Part shown: positions 1 through 13,189 of the stretch, piece by piece
Layout of the letters: the number at the start of each line of letters is the position of its first letter
Position numbering within the stretch: position 1 is the first letter of the stretch
Assembly: GCF_009914755.1 (NCBI RefSeq)
Contig: NC_060928.1
Source of the DNA: the human T2T-CHM13v2.0 reference genome, Homo sapiens
Reading direction: 5' to 3' (one strand)
Length of the DNA: 64,000 bases
The notes under the pieces: generated by a model
Seen by the model: only the letters and a program-made list of their open reading frames with translations
Told to the model about the DNA's origin: nothing
The model's database searches: none
Program-made: the position numbers and the translations under genes

Positions 1-490
1 AGCTTACAATAAAATAAGCTTTCCAAAATTTCAAATGAAGGCAAAATAAAAAGTAAGGGAATTATAGATTAAAGAAGACTAAAGAGTTATGATAGCCAAA
101 TGTAATACATGATCTTTGATTGCATACTGGGTCAAAAACAAAAGCAAAAACAAAGCAAAATAAATTCTAGAAAGTACATTCGTGGACAATTGAAGAAAAT
201 TGAGTATTGGATAGTGTATTTGATAAAACTATTGTTAGCATTAAATTTGGGGGGTATAATAATGATATTGTGGTCATGGAGCAGAATTTACTTATCTTTA
301 GGAGATCCTGAAGTATGAAGGAGATACTTACTGAAGCGATGAAGTGTCCTGAGAGATAAAGGGAATGTGGCAAAATGATAACAATGGGTAAATGACACTG
401 AAGGAGAAATGAGTATTCAATGTTTACTATTTGTTCAGTTTTTCTGTGAGCTTTATTTGAAGTTTTTCAGAATGAAGTGTTGAGGGCACA
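1..490 (+). mobile_element. Old L1 (L1M/L1ME-type) 3' UTR fragment
   Basis: Degenerate A-rich sequence with L1ME-like 3' end motifs (ctgaag..atgaagtgtc, ggcaaaatg, tttttctgtgag...tttt cagaatgaag); recognised by eye only. Confidence 0.5.
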
Positions 491-533
491 TGGATTTTCA
501 AAATAATGTGCTGTATTCAGACTCATTGCAATA

Positions 534-615
534 TTAGGTTGGTACAAAAGTAATTGCAGTTTTTGCCACATTACTTCTAATGGCAAGAACTGCAATTACT
601 TTTATACTGACCTAA
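534..615. mobile_element. MADE1 MITE (HSMAR1-derived, palindromic)
   Basis: 82-bp near-palindrome ttaggttggtacaaaagtaattgcag...ctgcaattacttttatactgacctaa, flanked by TA at 532-533 and 616-617. Confidence 0.95.
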
Positions 616-703
616 TATGATTTTGGGCTCTTAATACACAAAATAAAGCATTTTAAATGGGGAACAGCAGAACACAGTATAGACAAGGCTGGAAAAAAAA
701 TGA

Positions 704-1275
<572 letters not shown>

Positions 1276-1550
1276 TGGAAATGATTTTAATAGGACTCCT
1301 CCTAAAACTGAAACCATTTTCCCAGGTACAGTGGGAAGTTTATGGCAAGAGAGTGAGGTTAATGGAAGGTAAAGGAGAGAAAAGGGCAGAATAAGGAGGT
1401 TTTAGGTCATTATCTGTGAACATTTTCTGTTCTTCCTACTAGTTTGTGTGACTTCAGGATACACACACTCAAACACATAAACCCTTTGTACATGCCTCAA
1501 AAAAGGGGCAGATTCTGAGGTCACCTTGGGACCTCAGTTTGTCTGTTGGC

Positions 1551-1571
1551 TTTTCTTTCTTTCTTTCTTTC

Positions 1572-1607
<36 letters not shown>

Positions 1608-1608
1608 T
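1551..1608. repeat. (TTTC)n/poly-T microsatellite
   Basis: Directly visible. Confidence 0.95.
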
Positions 1609-2384
1609 GTACGTAACTCATAGTTCCAACTGTGTAGCCACCAGAAGATCTCAGATCAACTTTTCTTAAAGTTGTGTAGCAAGGTCCTTCTTTTATGAGC
1701 CCTGAAAAGAAACTGAAATATGACATGATTTTGATGTTAGAAATAAATTATTGAAAACCCAGCATTTCCTAACCAGTTATAACTATGAGATTAAGTGCTG
1801 AAAACACCTAGAGCTTTCTCCAGACAAGAAAGACAATATGATACATTCACCATCCAATTCACTTTCCCCCTGTTTCTACATTTGTTCATCATCAATATTT
1901 CTCTCTCAACAAGTCAAGGTGGCATCAACAACACAAATGTCTGTCTTTGGCTGCTTTGGGAACCGTCATGTACATCACTACTGGCATTCCATCTGAGGAG
2001 ATTGACTCTTTTTTAGGAAAATGAAAAACTCTTTACAGTCCAGCAACTGTCTCATTAGTTTTCTATGCTTTTTCTTGGGTGAAATATTGTTACATATTTT
2101 CACATTGACTCTGGTAATTCCAATTGTATTCCTTTAATGTTGTGCATAATAGTTTTCTCCACCACTGCAGAGAAAAAGAGATTTATTGTCAAGTCTTCAA
2201 GATACACGAGGCAAATACCAATAGCTCAGTGTTCCTTGTCCTTGATGAGTTTCATCCCAAGTTTTAGCTGGGCCTTGAGATGGTTTCCCTAACATTTCCA
2301 TTAGTACATGGGATGACAACTGATTCTGTACTTCCCTTCACTGAAATGAGAGAATAGATTGACAGGTCGTTTATATTTTCATAA

Positions 2385-2748
2385 TTACTTTATTATTTTC
2401 ATTTTTATTTTTAATTGATACATAATAATTTTACATATATATGGGGTACATGTGACATTTTGAAACATAGATATAATATGTAAAGATCAGCTAAGGGTAT
2501 TTAGGATATCCATCACCTCAGACATTAATCATTTATTTGTGTTGGGAACATTTCAAATATTTTCTTCTAGTTATTTTGAAATATACAATAAACTATTGTT
2601 AACCACAGTTACCCTACTGTGTGTATGTTTGTACTGATTAATCAACTTCTCTTCCTCCCCAACCCCCTCCACCCTCCATACCTCCCTCCACCCTCCCCAG
2701 TTTCTAGTAATCATCATTTGACTCTCTACCTCCATGAGATCAATTTTT
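2385..2748 (-). mobile_element. L1MA/MB-type 3' end fragment
   Basis: ttttaattgatacataataattttacatat..ggggtacatgtgac...ctctacctccatgagatcaattttt, typical of L1MA 3' UTR reverse strand. Confidence 0.85.
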
Positions 2749-4169
2749 TCAAGACGGGTTTTTTATGTGCTGTTTGCAGGTTTGTAACATCACATCCTCT
2801 TCCTTTTTTTCTCTTTCCATTTTAACATTCTTTGCACTTCCTCACCTTTAACTTCTCCATCACTTCGCTTTCAATGAGAGACAAGAGAGCTTTGTGAGGC
2901 ACGTTTTTCCAAACCGTTTACTATGATAGGCTTTGCAATCATTCTAGATGCTTGAAATGCTAGTGAAGGTATCAATATAAGACTAATGAAACCCTATGTT
3001 GTCTTCAAGGATAAGCCACAATTGGACAGGAATAGATTTTGAAAATAAGGTTTCCCCCAGTTGTTCTCAGGATCCAAAAAAAAAAAAAAAAATCATGATT
3101 GTTGTCTCACATTTATGTATATTAATTAATGTTTTAGCAAAACACTTTGTTGCTGTCTAGAGAATGTCTGACTTTTTTAAAATGTATTTTTATTCCATTC
3201 AGAAAAAGACATACAGTTTTTTAAAATGTATTATTTTTCTCATTGGAACATAGAGCAAGTCTGTGCCAGCTAAAACTCAGAAGAGAAAGGTTGTAGGATG
3301 TTAGAGTTACAAGGAGCCTCAGAGATCATTCAGGGCTCTCCTTATCTGGTTTATGAAACCCATATGCGATATCTCCAACTAGATAAAGAATTGAATTTAA
3401 AATTCATCCAACAAAAGCAATACTAGAACGACTTGCTTTTCAGAGGTCTTGAGGAAGATACTTGAAATTCTTTTTGGAAAACTCTAAAACTGAGTCTTTG
3501 AAGAATCACCTATAGATAATATTTACAAACACAGTTCTAGGAAGCCAAATTCCTTTTTCAAACAAAATAATTTTCTTGCTTGATTAGTGCAATAGGCCTG
3601 CTAGGCCTCATAGAACAACCTTAAAGTGTTTTTATTAGATGAGCAACGCAACTGTTATGCATAAGAATGAAATATTCCTATGTCCATTTGTATATTTGTA
3701 GTATTTATTTTCACTCTATTTTTAAGGTGCCTAAGAGGCAGAGTTGGGCTAACCTTACTCCTCAGTTCTTAGCATATTATCAGTATCTGTCCACATCCTT
3801 ATTTGCATTCTTCTCTGACCTTAGGTCACCATTATAATTAAAAACAATTATAAGGATAAATGTCATTAACTGTATATTTATCCTTGTAAACTATGTAGTA
3901 CTAGATATAGTGCTGTTTTAGTATGTATAGTATTGTGCTGTAAATCTCATTCTTAGCTCTTTTTATAACTTTTAACACCTATCCATACTGTCCATAAGTA
4001 TAACATATATATAACTATATACAAATAAATATCTATATCTATGTGTGTGTATATACATGTATATGCCACTTCTGTTATGTGTATATGATATGTATTAGTC
4101 CATGGTATGCATCTATCATATTTTATACATCCATTCGTCTAGCCTCCGGCTCTCCAAGATCAGTAACAA

Positions 4170-5400
4170 TGCCACTGGGAATATCTCCAAAAATTGCCCA
4201 TCAGGGACCTCTTAAAGCATTTCTTTGGGAGACACCCAGGATGGGATCACTGGGTCTGGGGCAAACACACACCTAAATTACTGTGAGCACAGTGAGTTTC
4301 CAGAATGAAACTCCCACCAGCAGTGCACTACTTACCAAAACTTGGTATCATTCATCTTTATAATTTTTGCCACTTGACAGCTTCTTATGGTATCTCATTA
4401 AAAATGTCAATTTCTCTGGTTATTAATTTGATAATTTTTTAGTGTGTATACTGGACACTGGGCTTCCTTGCCTATGAGTGCTTCTTTACATCATATGCCC
4501 ATTTTAAAATTATATCCTCACTTCAATTACATCTCCACTTCATTTTAAATTTGTTTAGTTTTGATATTGATTTTGTTGGTTTCAAATCTTGCAAATAATT
4601 TTCTTAGTCAGTTACCTGTTTATTAGTGTTAACTATGGTGTCTCATCCTGAACAGAAGTTGTTAATTTTTGTCTTAATTTTGATGTAGCCAATATCCATT
4701 TTTCATCTTATTGTTTGCCTTTAGAGTCTTGTTTAGGAAGATTTTCTCCAGTTATATATCACGAATGAATTCTCCTGTATTTTCTTCCATTATCTCTATT
4801 GTTTACCTATTTTCTGTCTACTTATTTGGATGGCATAAGGTAGGGACCAAATTATATATTTCTAATGAAGTAGTTATTTCACTATCAAAAACAGGCACTT
4901 TCATTTCTCCATTGTTTTAGGGTGTAAATTTTGAATATCAATTTTTAATACACACATACATACAAATGTTCTGTGTTCTGTTTCACTGGCCTACTTATTC
5001 ATTCCTGTTCCAGTATCATATTGTCTTTTACTAGTAAAGCTTTGATTCTGTCTTAATAACTGGTAAGATATGCCTCTTCTCTTTCCTCTTATTTATTAAA
5101 ATTGACAGTATAAATCTCTATTCATCAGTATAAAATTTATATGAGTTTGTTGGGTTTCTCGAAATGTCAGCTGAATTTACTGGGGAAATTGTCTTTAATT
5201 TATATGTTAAATACGATTTATACTATTTTAAACTGAACCATCAGGAGCATAGTTCTCTCTCCACTTACTCACATCTTCTATATTCTTTAAAGTTTTGCCC
5301 ATGAAGGTTTACATGTTTTGGTTAATGACTAGTTCTTGTTGGTTTTGATAATGATATCCTATTTTCTATTATATTTAAAGCTGGAAGTGGTTAATGAAAG
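4170..5400 (-). mobile_element. Highly diverged L1 (L1ME-like) ORF2 3' remnant
   Basis: Degenerate motifs ctcccaccagcagtg, tggtatctcatt, gaacagaagttgttaatttt, ccagtatcatattgtctt. Confidence 0.6.
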
Positions 5401-5498
5401 TATATTATAGTATATAGTGTTATAGTGATTAAAACAAATATCACTGCTTTTGAAAGGAAATTCATTTTGTAGTAAGTTCATGTTTGTAAAATGAAGAC

Positions 5499-6073
5499 TT
5501 TTTTGAATTATTATTATACTTTAAGTTCTGGGGTACATGAGCACAACGTGCAGGTTTGTTACATAGGTATACATTTGCCATGTTGGTTTGCTGCACCCAT
5601 TAACTCATCATTTACATCGGGTATTTCTCCTAATGCTATCCCTCCCCCAGCCCCCCACCCCACGACAGGCCCCAGTGTGTGATGTTCCCCTCCCTGTGTC
5701 CAAGTGTTCTCATTGTTCAATTCCCACCTATGAGTGAGAACATGCGGTGTTCGGTTTTCTGTACTTGTGATAGTTTGCTCAGAATGATGGTTTCCAGCTG
5801 CATCCATGTCCCTGCAAAGGACATGAACTCATCCTTTTTTATGGCTGCATAGTATTCCATGGTATATATGTGCCACATTTTCTTAATCCAGTCTATCATT
5901 GATGGGCATTTGGGTTGGTTCCAAGTCTTTGCTATTGTGAATAGTGCTGCAATAAACATACTTGTGCATGTGTCTTTATAGTAGCATGATTTATAATCCT
6001 TTGGGTATATACCCAGTAATGGGATCGCTGGGTCAAATGGTATTTCTAGTTCTAGATCCTTGAGGAATCACCA
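5499..6073 (-). mobile_element. 5'-truncated primate L1 (L1PA) 3' end
   Basis: ttattatactttaagttctgggg 3' end; ORF 5717-5959 encodes the ORF2 C-terminus ([31 protein letters not shown]). Confidence 0.97.
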
Positions 6074-8249
6074 ACCCTGTCTGCACATCCATCTCCTTCC
6101 ATGAGGAATCTCATACTTAATTGTATTTATTCATTTCCGCCCTGCTCGGGATCACCATTCTAGCTTTATTTTCCCCAATATTCAAAATATAATCTTTAAT
6201 GAAAGCAAAATAATATGGAGTCTGTGTATAACCTCTATATTTACACACGTTTAAGGTTTTTTCTTTCATTCAAATTCTTTTCAACTCTGACATTTCTTAA
6301 CTCAAAAGAGAAGTGCTTTCAAGGTGTTTTCAGACCCAGAAGTACCCAGCCTGTTTCCAGTATCTTACCAATGTTTGGTATCAGCTGTGAGGAAGATGAC
6401 CCATTTATATAAACTGAGATGAATCATGCTATAATTTCTTGCTTTGTAAGAATTACCATTATGATTTAGAAAAAAAAGTGGTTGTGGACTGCTTATGATA
6501 GCTGCATGAGTAGGGCAATAATTTAATTACATGTTATTGCAGTGAGAGTTTATGGAAGAGAAAATATGATTATAGAGTTTAAGAGAAGTATACACTAGAG
6601 AATTCTATCTTTGTGTGTAGTAACAAAGATATTACCATATTTTGTTTTGATGAAGATGATAACATTTTGAATTGTGACCCTGACATTACTTAGTGTGAGC
6701 TATAAATCTGCTGCTGATCTTAGATAAGTTGCATAAGGAAGAAAAAAAAAAGGTTTTAAAGTAAGAAAAAAAAAAACCCTGCTGCTGAGAATTCTATCAA
6801 TTTCTAATAAATTTTAGTAATAATTCTATTGTAGGACGTCTCGATGTAAGCCTGAGAGTAACAGAAAAAAGCTTATTTCCAGAATAATAAACTTGGGCTT
6901 ATGTGTAATTTACTGAAATATATTTTTTCCTGTCAGTTTATAAAGAAGGTTGAGCACCTTTGCTGTTACTCAAGATATTTTGATTCTGATAAGCAGAAAT
7001 GATGGGAAAATTAAGTCAAATTTAGGGAATTTTTAATTTTAGTTTTCATATCTAGTAACTCATCAAAATTAGAATCAATGCTATAGGTTTTTTTTGTCCA
7101 GATAAGCTCTCTCCTAAGTTCTCTGTCTTTAAAATGTCTATCTCCCCAGTAACTGACACTCTTCCAGAAATAAATAATACTCACAGTTCCCCTACCTCAT
7201 TTTGTGGTGTATGAAAAGTTCATCATTCAGTTGTAATTGCATTTTTTAGTTCTCACTATGGAACATAGTTTCATTTTGAATCATTAACCTCCTTTGGCTT
7301 CCTTGCCATCATCCTATTGTGGTTTCCTTTCAGGGGTCCTCCTGGTTCGGCCTCCTGAGTAGCTGGGACTATAGGCCTGCACTGCCATGCCCAGCTCCTC
7401 TTTCATTTCTGATACAGATAACTTGTATCTTGTCTCTTTTTTTCCTTGGTTAATTTGGCTAGAGGTTTATCAAATTTACTGATCTTTTCAAATAACCAAT
7501 GTTTTGTATTGTTGATTTTCTCTATTGTTTTCCTGTTTTCAATTTTATTGATCTTTGCTCTAATTTTTAGTATTTCTTCTGCTTTCTTTCAGATTAAATT
7601 GCTCTTCTTTGTCTAATGTCCTAAGATGGGGGCTTAGATTATCAATTCTAGATATTTCTTCTTTACTAATATATTTTATTTGAGACCTTGAAGGAGGTTT
7701 TATTATTTATTTATGTATAAAGTTAACTAATGTATTACTTCAACACACTATAAATCTCCTTGTAATTATTGCTTTTACTGCATCTTACAAATTCAATAAG
7801 TTGTATTTTAATTTTCCTTCAGTTCAGAATATTTTAAAATTTCTCTTGAGGCTTCTTCTTTGGCCCATGTGTTATTTAGAAGTGTGTTGCTTAATTTTCA
7901 AATACATGAGGAATTTTCCAACTATCTTATTGATTTCTAGTTTAATTCTATTGTTGTTTGATAGCATTCATTGCATAATTTTTATTCTTTTAAATTTGTT
8001 AAGGTATGCTTTATGTCTCAGGATGTGGTCTAGCTTGATGAATATTCCATGTGAGCTTGAGAAGAATGTGTATTTTGCTGTTGTTGGATGGAGTGTTCTG
8101 AAAATGTCAATTAGGTCAAGTTGATTGAGCATGTTGTTCAGTCAACTATATCCTTACTAATTTTTTGCCTGCTTACTCTATCAATTACTGGCAGAGGGAT
8201 CCCAACTATAGTAGTGAATTTGTCTATTTCTCCTGTGACTTCTATCATT

Positions 8250-8337
8250 ATTTTTTCTTTTTCTTTTTGAGTCAGGGTCTTGCTATGTTGCCCTGGCTGG
8301 AGTCCAGTGGTATGATCATAGCTCACTGCAGCCTCAA
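8250..8337 (-). mobile_element. Alu monomer fragment (FLAM/AluJ arm)
   Basis: tttttgagtcagggtcttgctatgttgccctggctggagtccagtgg...gctcactgcagcctc. Confidence 0.8.
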
Positions 8338-8531
8338 TGAGTTTCATCACTTTTTGCCTCACATGTTCTGATGCCTCCTTCAACCTAGACAATTTTCCTC
8401 ATTCTGAAGTCTGCTTTGTCTGAAATCATTATAGCTATTCCAGCTATCTTCTGATTTGTGTTAGCATAGTATAGCTTTCTCTAACTCTTTACTTTTAACC
8501 TATTTGAATCTTCATACTTAAAGTGAGTTTC

Positions 8532-8620
8532 AGCCAAGTGTCATGGTGCATACCTGCAGTCCTAGCTACTCAGGAAGCTGAGACAGGAGTATCACTTGAG
8601 ACTAGGAGTTTGAGGCTATA
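8532..8620 (+). mobile_element. Alu monomer fragment, 3'-truncated
   Basis: agccaagtgtcatggtgcatacctgcagtcctagctactcaggaagctgag...gaggct. Confidence 0.8.
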
Positions 8621-8630
8621 ATGGGACAAA

Positions 8631-9125
8631 AGACCTTGTCTGCTACCCCTGCCTATAATATAACTCCCATAACACGAGGCTGGGAGAGATGAAAAATACC
8701 AGCTACCTGCCCATCTTTGATCATCATAGCCCTAGACTGGTATCAGGGTGGTGTGAAGTAGATGGGATGGTAGGAAGGGGGAGAGGAATCCCATTCTTTT
8801 TGGTACAGATACCTGAAGTAGAGCTTCCATCATGTGGAACTGAGGGAGGCCATAATGGAATAGTCTGTGGCTTAAATGTTCCAGCCTCTCACTTTTCTTA
8901 CTCAAGATTTAGTAAATCCTCTTGAATGTTTCTTCTTTTGCTGTGTGTCCTTAGTACAATTCCAGAGGTAGAAATGATTGGTTTTTATCATTTTCATTAG
9001 GTAAATTGTTGTTTTGCTGGCGAGAGGACCTACTGAGCTCCTTAATTCATCATTCTAAAAGTCCTTCCCCAAACACATTTTTAGCAGGTGCAGGGGTCTG
9101 GTATGGTGAATTGGTATGTGGAGGA
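8631..9125 (+). repeat. ~500-bp diverged direct copy of 12260-12759
   Basis: Colinear similarity throughout, including the identical block gaatcccattctttttggtacagatacctgaagta in both copies. Confidence 0.93.
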
Positions 9126-9301
9126 GCAAGGTAGGACAGAGTACAACAATACAAGCTTTCATCATGGTACTCAGAATGACACAAAATGTAAAACTTATGA
9201 ATTGTTAATTTCTGGAATTTTCCATTTAATATTTTCAGACTGGTTGACATCAAGTAACTGAAACTGCAGAAGCCAAAACCATGCATAAGGAAGGACTACT
9301 G
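9126..9301 (-). mobile_element. MER44/Tigger7-family DNA transposon end fragment
   Basis: aaaacttatgaattgttaatttctggaattttccatttaatattttcagac...gtaactgaaactgcag...ataaggaaggactactg matches the recalled MER44 terminus. Confidence 0.8.
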
Positions 9302-9365
9302 TTTTCTCTTATCATATCAATTAGTATTTTAAAATGTTTTAGTGGTTACCCTAGAGTTTCCATTA

Positions 9366-10640
9366 GAGGTCTTAAAAATGTCACAAAAAATGAGTATTTT
9401 GAAAACACTGTGCATTGATTTAAAAATTTTTTTGCATTGAGATAAGCTTGCTAAAACATGTCTAAACAGGATCTAGCTTGAGGCACAAAAATGGATAAAA
9501 CATCAGTTTGAAAAGAACCCCTATCAAAGCAATACAAATTTGTTACAATTGAAGCAAGAAAAAGCATCACATTTATGCTTAAGCTTGGGTGGGAAAATGG
9601 TGAAATCATTGATGCTTTACAAAAAGTTTATGGGGATAATGCCCCAAAGCAATCAACAGTTTACAGATGGATAACTCATTTCAAGAAGGGATGAGACAAT
9701 GTTGAAGAGAAGCCCATATAGCAGCAGGCCAACCACATCAATTTGCAAGGGAAAAATTCATCTTGTTTGTGGCCTAATTGAAGAGGACTAATGATTAACA
9801 CTAGCCAATAACATTGGTTCAGTTTACACAATTCTGACTAAGAAGTTAAAAGCTGAACAAACCGTCTACTCAATTGGTGCCAAAACCATTGATCCCAGAT
9901 GAACTGCAGACCAGAGCAGAGCTTTAGATGGAAATTTTAAACAAGCGCCATCGAAGCCCTGAAGCATTTCTTCAAAGAATCATAACAGAAAATGAAACGT
10001 GGTTTACCAGTACAATCTTGAAGACAAAGCAACGGCTATAAAGAGGAGGAAGTGGTTGAAGCAAAGCAAAAGCAGGCCAGTCAAGAGCAAAGATTATGGC
10101 AACAGTTTTTTGAGGATGCTCAAGGTATTTTGCTTGTTGATTTTCTGGAAGGCCAAAAAGTAATAATATATGCTTATTATAAGAGAGTTTTGAGAAAGTT
10201 AGCCAAAGCTTTAGCAGAAAAATGCCCAGGAAAGCTTCACCAGAGAATTCTCTACCACAACAATGCTCCTTCTTATTCTTCTCATCAAACAAGGGCAATT
10301 TTGTGAGTGTTTTGATGGGAAATCATTGGGAAATCATTAGGCATTCAGTTTGCCATCTTAATTCGGTTCTTTCTGACTTCTTTTTGTTTCCTGATCTCAA
10401 AAAAATCTTTAAAGGGCACCCATTTTTCTTCATTATTAAATTTTTTACATTATTAAATGTAAAAAATACTGCATTGACTTGGTTAAATTCCCAGAACCCT
10501 CAGTTCTTTAGGGATGGACTAAATGGCTGGTACATTTCTTACAAAAGTGTCAAACTTGATGGAGCTTACGTTAAGAAATAAAGTTTTTATTTTTATTTTT
10601 ATCTATTAATTTCATTTTTCCATGAACTTTGTCTCCTCAT
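9366..10640 (+). mobile_element. Full-length HSMAR2 mariner transposon; transposase inactivated
   Basis: Both degenerate TIRs present, ~1.27 kb; ORF fragments give GILLVDFLEGQK, KCPGKLHQRILYHNNAP, SDFFLFPDLKK; multiple stops/frameshifts. Confidence 0.95.
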
Positions 10641-10707
10641 GTAATTTAAACTATTCTAAATCTACCTTTAAATAACCCTATACCACTTCACACATAGTAC
10701 AGATACC

Positions 10708-10825
10708 TTATTACAGTATTTTTAATTCTTCTATCTCATCCTTTATGACATTGTCAACCTAAAAGGTTATTACAGTATTTTTAATTCTTCTATCTCATCC
10801 TTTATGACATTGTTAACCTAAAAGG
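10708..10825 (+). repeat. Tandem duplication, 2 x 59 bp
   Basis: 10708-10766 and 10767-10825 differ at one base (gtcaacc vs gttaacc). Confidence 0.97.
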
Positions 10826-11240
10826 AAAAAACTGAGGTAAAATTAATGTAAGTAGGGAGTTTATTTGGACCAAACTTTAGGACTGCAACCTGAGAGCATA
10901 GATTCAAGTTGCCCTAAATATACGCTCCAATTAATGGTAATTACAATTGGTTTTTAAAGAAAAAGAAGAGGCAATTCCTGAGTTGCTTACCAAGAATTTT
11001 GCATTAAAATAATATAAGCGATTGATTGGCTATATATTGTTCTTTTGTATCACAAATTCCAGAAATTTCCAGAAGCTAATGGGAAAAGCAGCTCATCAAG
11101 AACAAAATGACTATAAACAATTGCCCTCAGGCATGGGTGGGTGAGGTTAGGTAACTGAAGTCCCATTAGTCTCTCTGGGCCTGATAAAGTTTGCACAACT
11201 AGCAAAACTAAGACTGCTCTGAGCTATTTTTCTTTTCTCA
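10811..11240 (-). mobile_element. ERV1-class solo LTR (430 bp)
   Basis: TG...CA termini, 4-bp TSD ACAT (10807-10810 and 11241-11244), tttatt (AATAAA on minus) near 10860; subfamily not assigned. Confidence 0.85.
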
Positions 11241-12259
11241 ACATTACTGTCGTTCTTTTCATTTATCTTATGCTGTAATCACCCAGCACTATTACTACCA
11301 TCGTTGCTTTAAACAAAGTTATTCTTCAGATCAATTAAGAATAAGAAAAATATCATGACAAACAGAAGCTTAATCCCCAAAAAAGAAAAATATAATTTAT
11401 TTTACCTTATTTCTTCTCTAATGCTTTTTGTTTCTTTATGTAAATCCAAGTTTCTGACTGATGTAGTTTTACTTTTTAAATAATTTCTTTTACTATTTCT
11501 TTTAGAGTATGTCTGCTGGCAATGAATTCCCAGTTTTTGTTTGTCTGAGAAAATATACATATTTTTACTTTTGAACTTTAATTTCTTTTGGATATAGAAT
11601 TCTACATTTATGAGATTTTTCTTTTAATGATTTAAGTACTTCATTCCATTCTTTTCTTGTTTGCATGATTTCTGATGGGAAGCCTACTGTTATTCTTATC
11701 CTGTTACCTCTAAAAGCAACGTGGGTTTTTTCCTCTGACATTTTTCAAGATTTTCTCCTTGTCTTTTATTTTCTGTAGCTTGAGTATAACAAATCTAAAT
11801 GTAGTTTTTTGGTATTTTTCCTGCTTGGTGTTCTCTGAATTTACCGGACCTGTGGTTTGGTGTCTGTTATTAATTTTGAAAGATTCTCAGCCATTATAAA
11901 TTCTGAGAGCTACCAGCCTCCCTTTAACAGTTGTCCAACAAGACAGCATCCTTAGGCATGGATGTGAGTCCCTTCAGGCAGACTTGCAAAGTTATTTCTC
12001 TTTATGGTCTGCCTTACCCACTGGGCAGAACTCCTGCACCACTGCACTAAAGCTCTGGGCTTCCTCCCCTCTCTAATTCTAGTGACTACCCACTGCAGGG
12101 GAGAGGGAGCAGATCTGGTGTTCTCAGCTTGTTCTTACTAGTGCAGGACCTTCTGCCTACTAGCCAGTCAGGGCTGAGGTAAATTGGAGCCCTAGTGTCT
12201 TCAGACTGCCATACCGGGGGTAGGGTTTTTGTCTTTGAGAAGAGGCTGTTTGGGAAGAG

Positions 12260-12759
12260 AGACCTTGTCTGCTATTCCTGCCTGAAATAGAGCTTCCATA
12301 ACACAGGGCTTGGTGGGGGTAGGAGAAACACCAGCTACCTGCCCATCATTGGTCACCATAGCCCTAAACTGGGAGCAGGGGAGGTGTGAGGTTGGGGTAG
12401 TAGGAAGGGGGAGATGAATCCCATTCTTTTTGGTACAGATACCTGAAGTACAGCTTCCATCATGTGGAGCTGATAGGGTCCATAATGGAGTAGTCTGTGC
12501 TTAAATGTCCCAGCCTTTCACTTTTCTTACCCAAGATTTAGTAAATTCTCTTGAATGAATGTTTTTTCTTTTGCTGTATGTCCTTAGTACAGATCCAGAG
12601 ATGGGAATGATTTTTTTTTTTTATCACTTTCATTAGGTAAATTGTTGTTTTGCTGGGGAGAGGTCCTACTGAGCTCCTTAATTCAACATTCCAAAAGTCC
12701 TTCCCCAAACGTTTTTAACAGGTGCAGGAGTTTGGTATGGTGAATCGAAAGGTGGAGGA
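12260..12759 (+). repeat. Probable source copy of the ~500-bp duplication (L1 5' end plus flank)
   Basis: Aligns with 8631-9125 and is contiguous with upstream L1 5'UTR-like sequence. Confidence 0.9.
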
Positions 12760-13189
12760 AACACAGTAAATAATTAGTCCTCACCATCTGCCAGGAGCCA
12801 GAGAAAAATGCTTTCCCATTTCTTCCCCAGATGGATGGTCTGGAGACACATTTCTTATAGTGTGCAGTCAAGGAACCAGTCATACATAGAGGCAGCCAAC
12901 TTCTGCAAGTGCTCCACTTCTTTCCTTGCTTTTCTTCTCCTTTACTTCCTGGTCAAGCACTTGCTCTTAAGCCTATGCCTTAGGTTCTGCTTTCTGGCGA
13001 ACTCAGAATAAACCATATGCCATGCCTTTAATTATACTCCTTGCTTTATAAATAACTTATAATTTTGAGTATCATATTGGATTATAAGTAGTGAAAACAA
13101 GCATGAAATTTATTATTGGGTTTATAGCTTACTGTGAAAATGAAAAATATTATATTAGATTTTAATATTCATTGTCTTACTGTTAGTAC

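Larger units (their letters stand above)
7395..12710 (-). mobile_element. Old L1M element (ORF2 endonuclease region, ORF1 remnant, 5'UTR) interrupted by several insertions
   Basis: ORF2-EN motifs 7400-8530 (minus translation includes GEIDKFTTIVG...RQKISKDIVD), inter-ORF/ORF1-like sequence 10640-11900, GC-richer 5'UTR 11950-12710. Confidence 0.75.

Noticed and set aside
8631-12759. Direct repeats read as LTRs of a novel element carrying a mariner transposase
   Set aside because: No TG...CA termini, PBS, PPT or TSD; the interior is host L1 plus independent insertions
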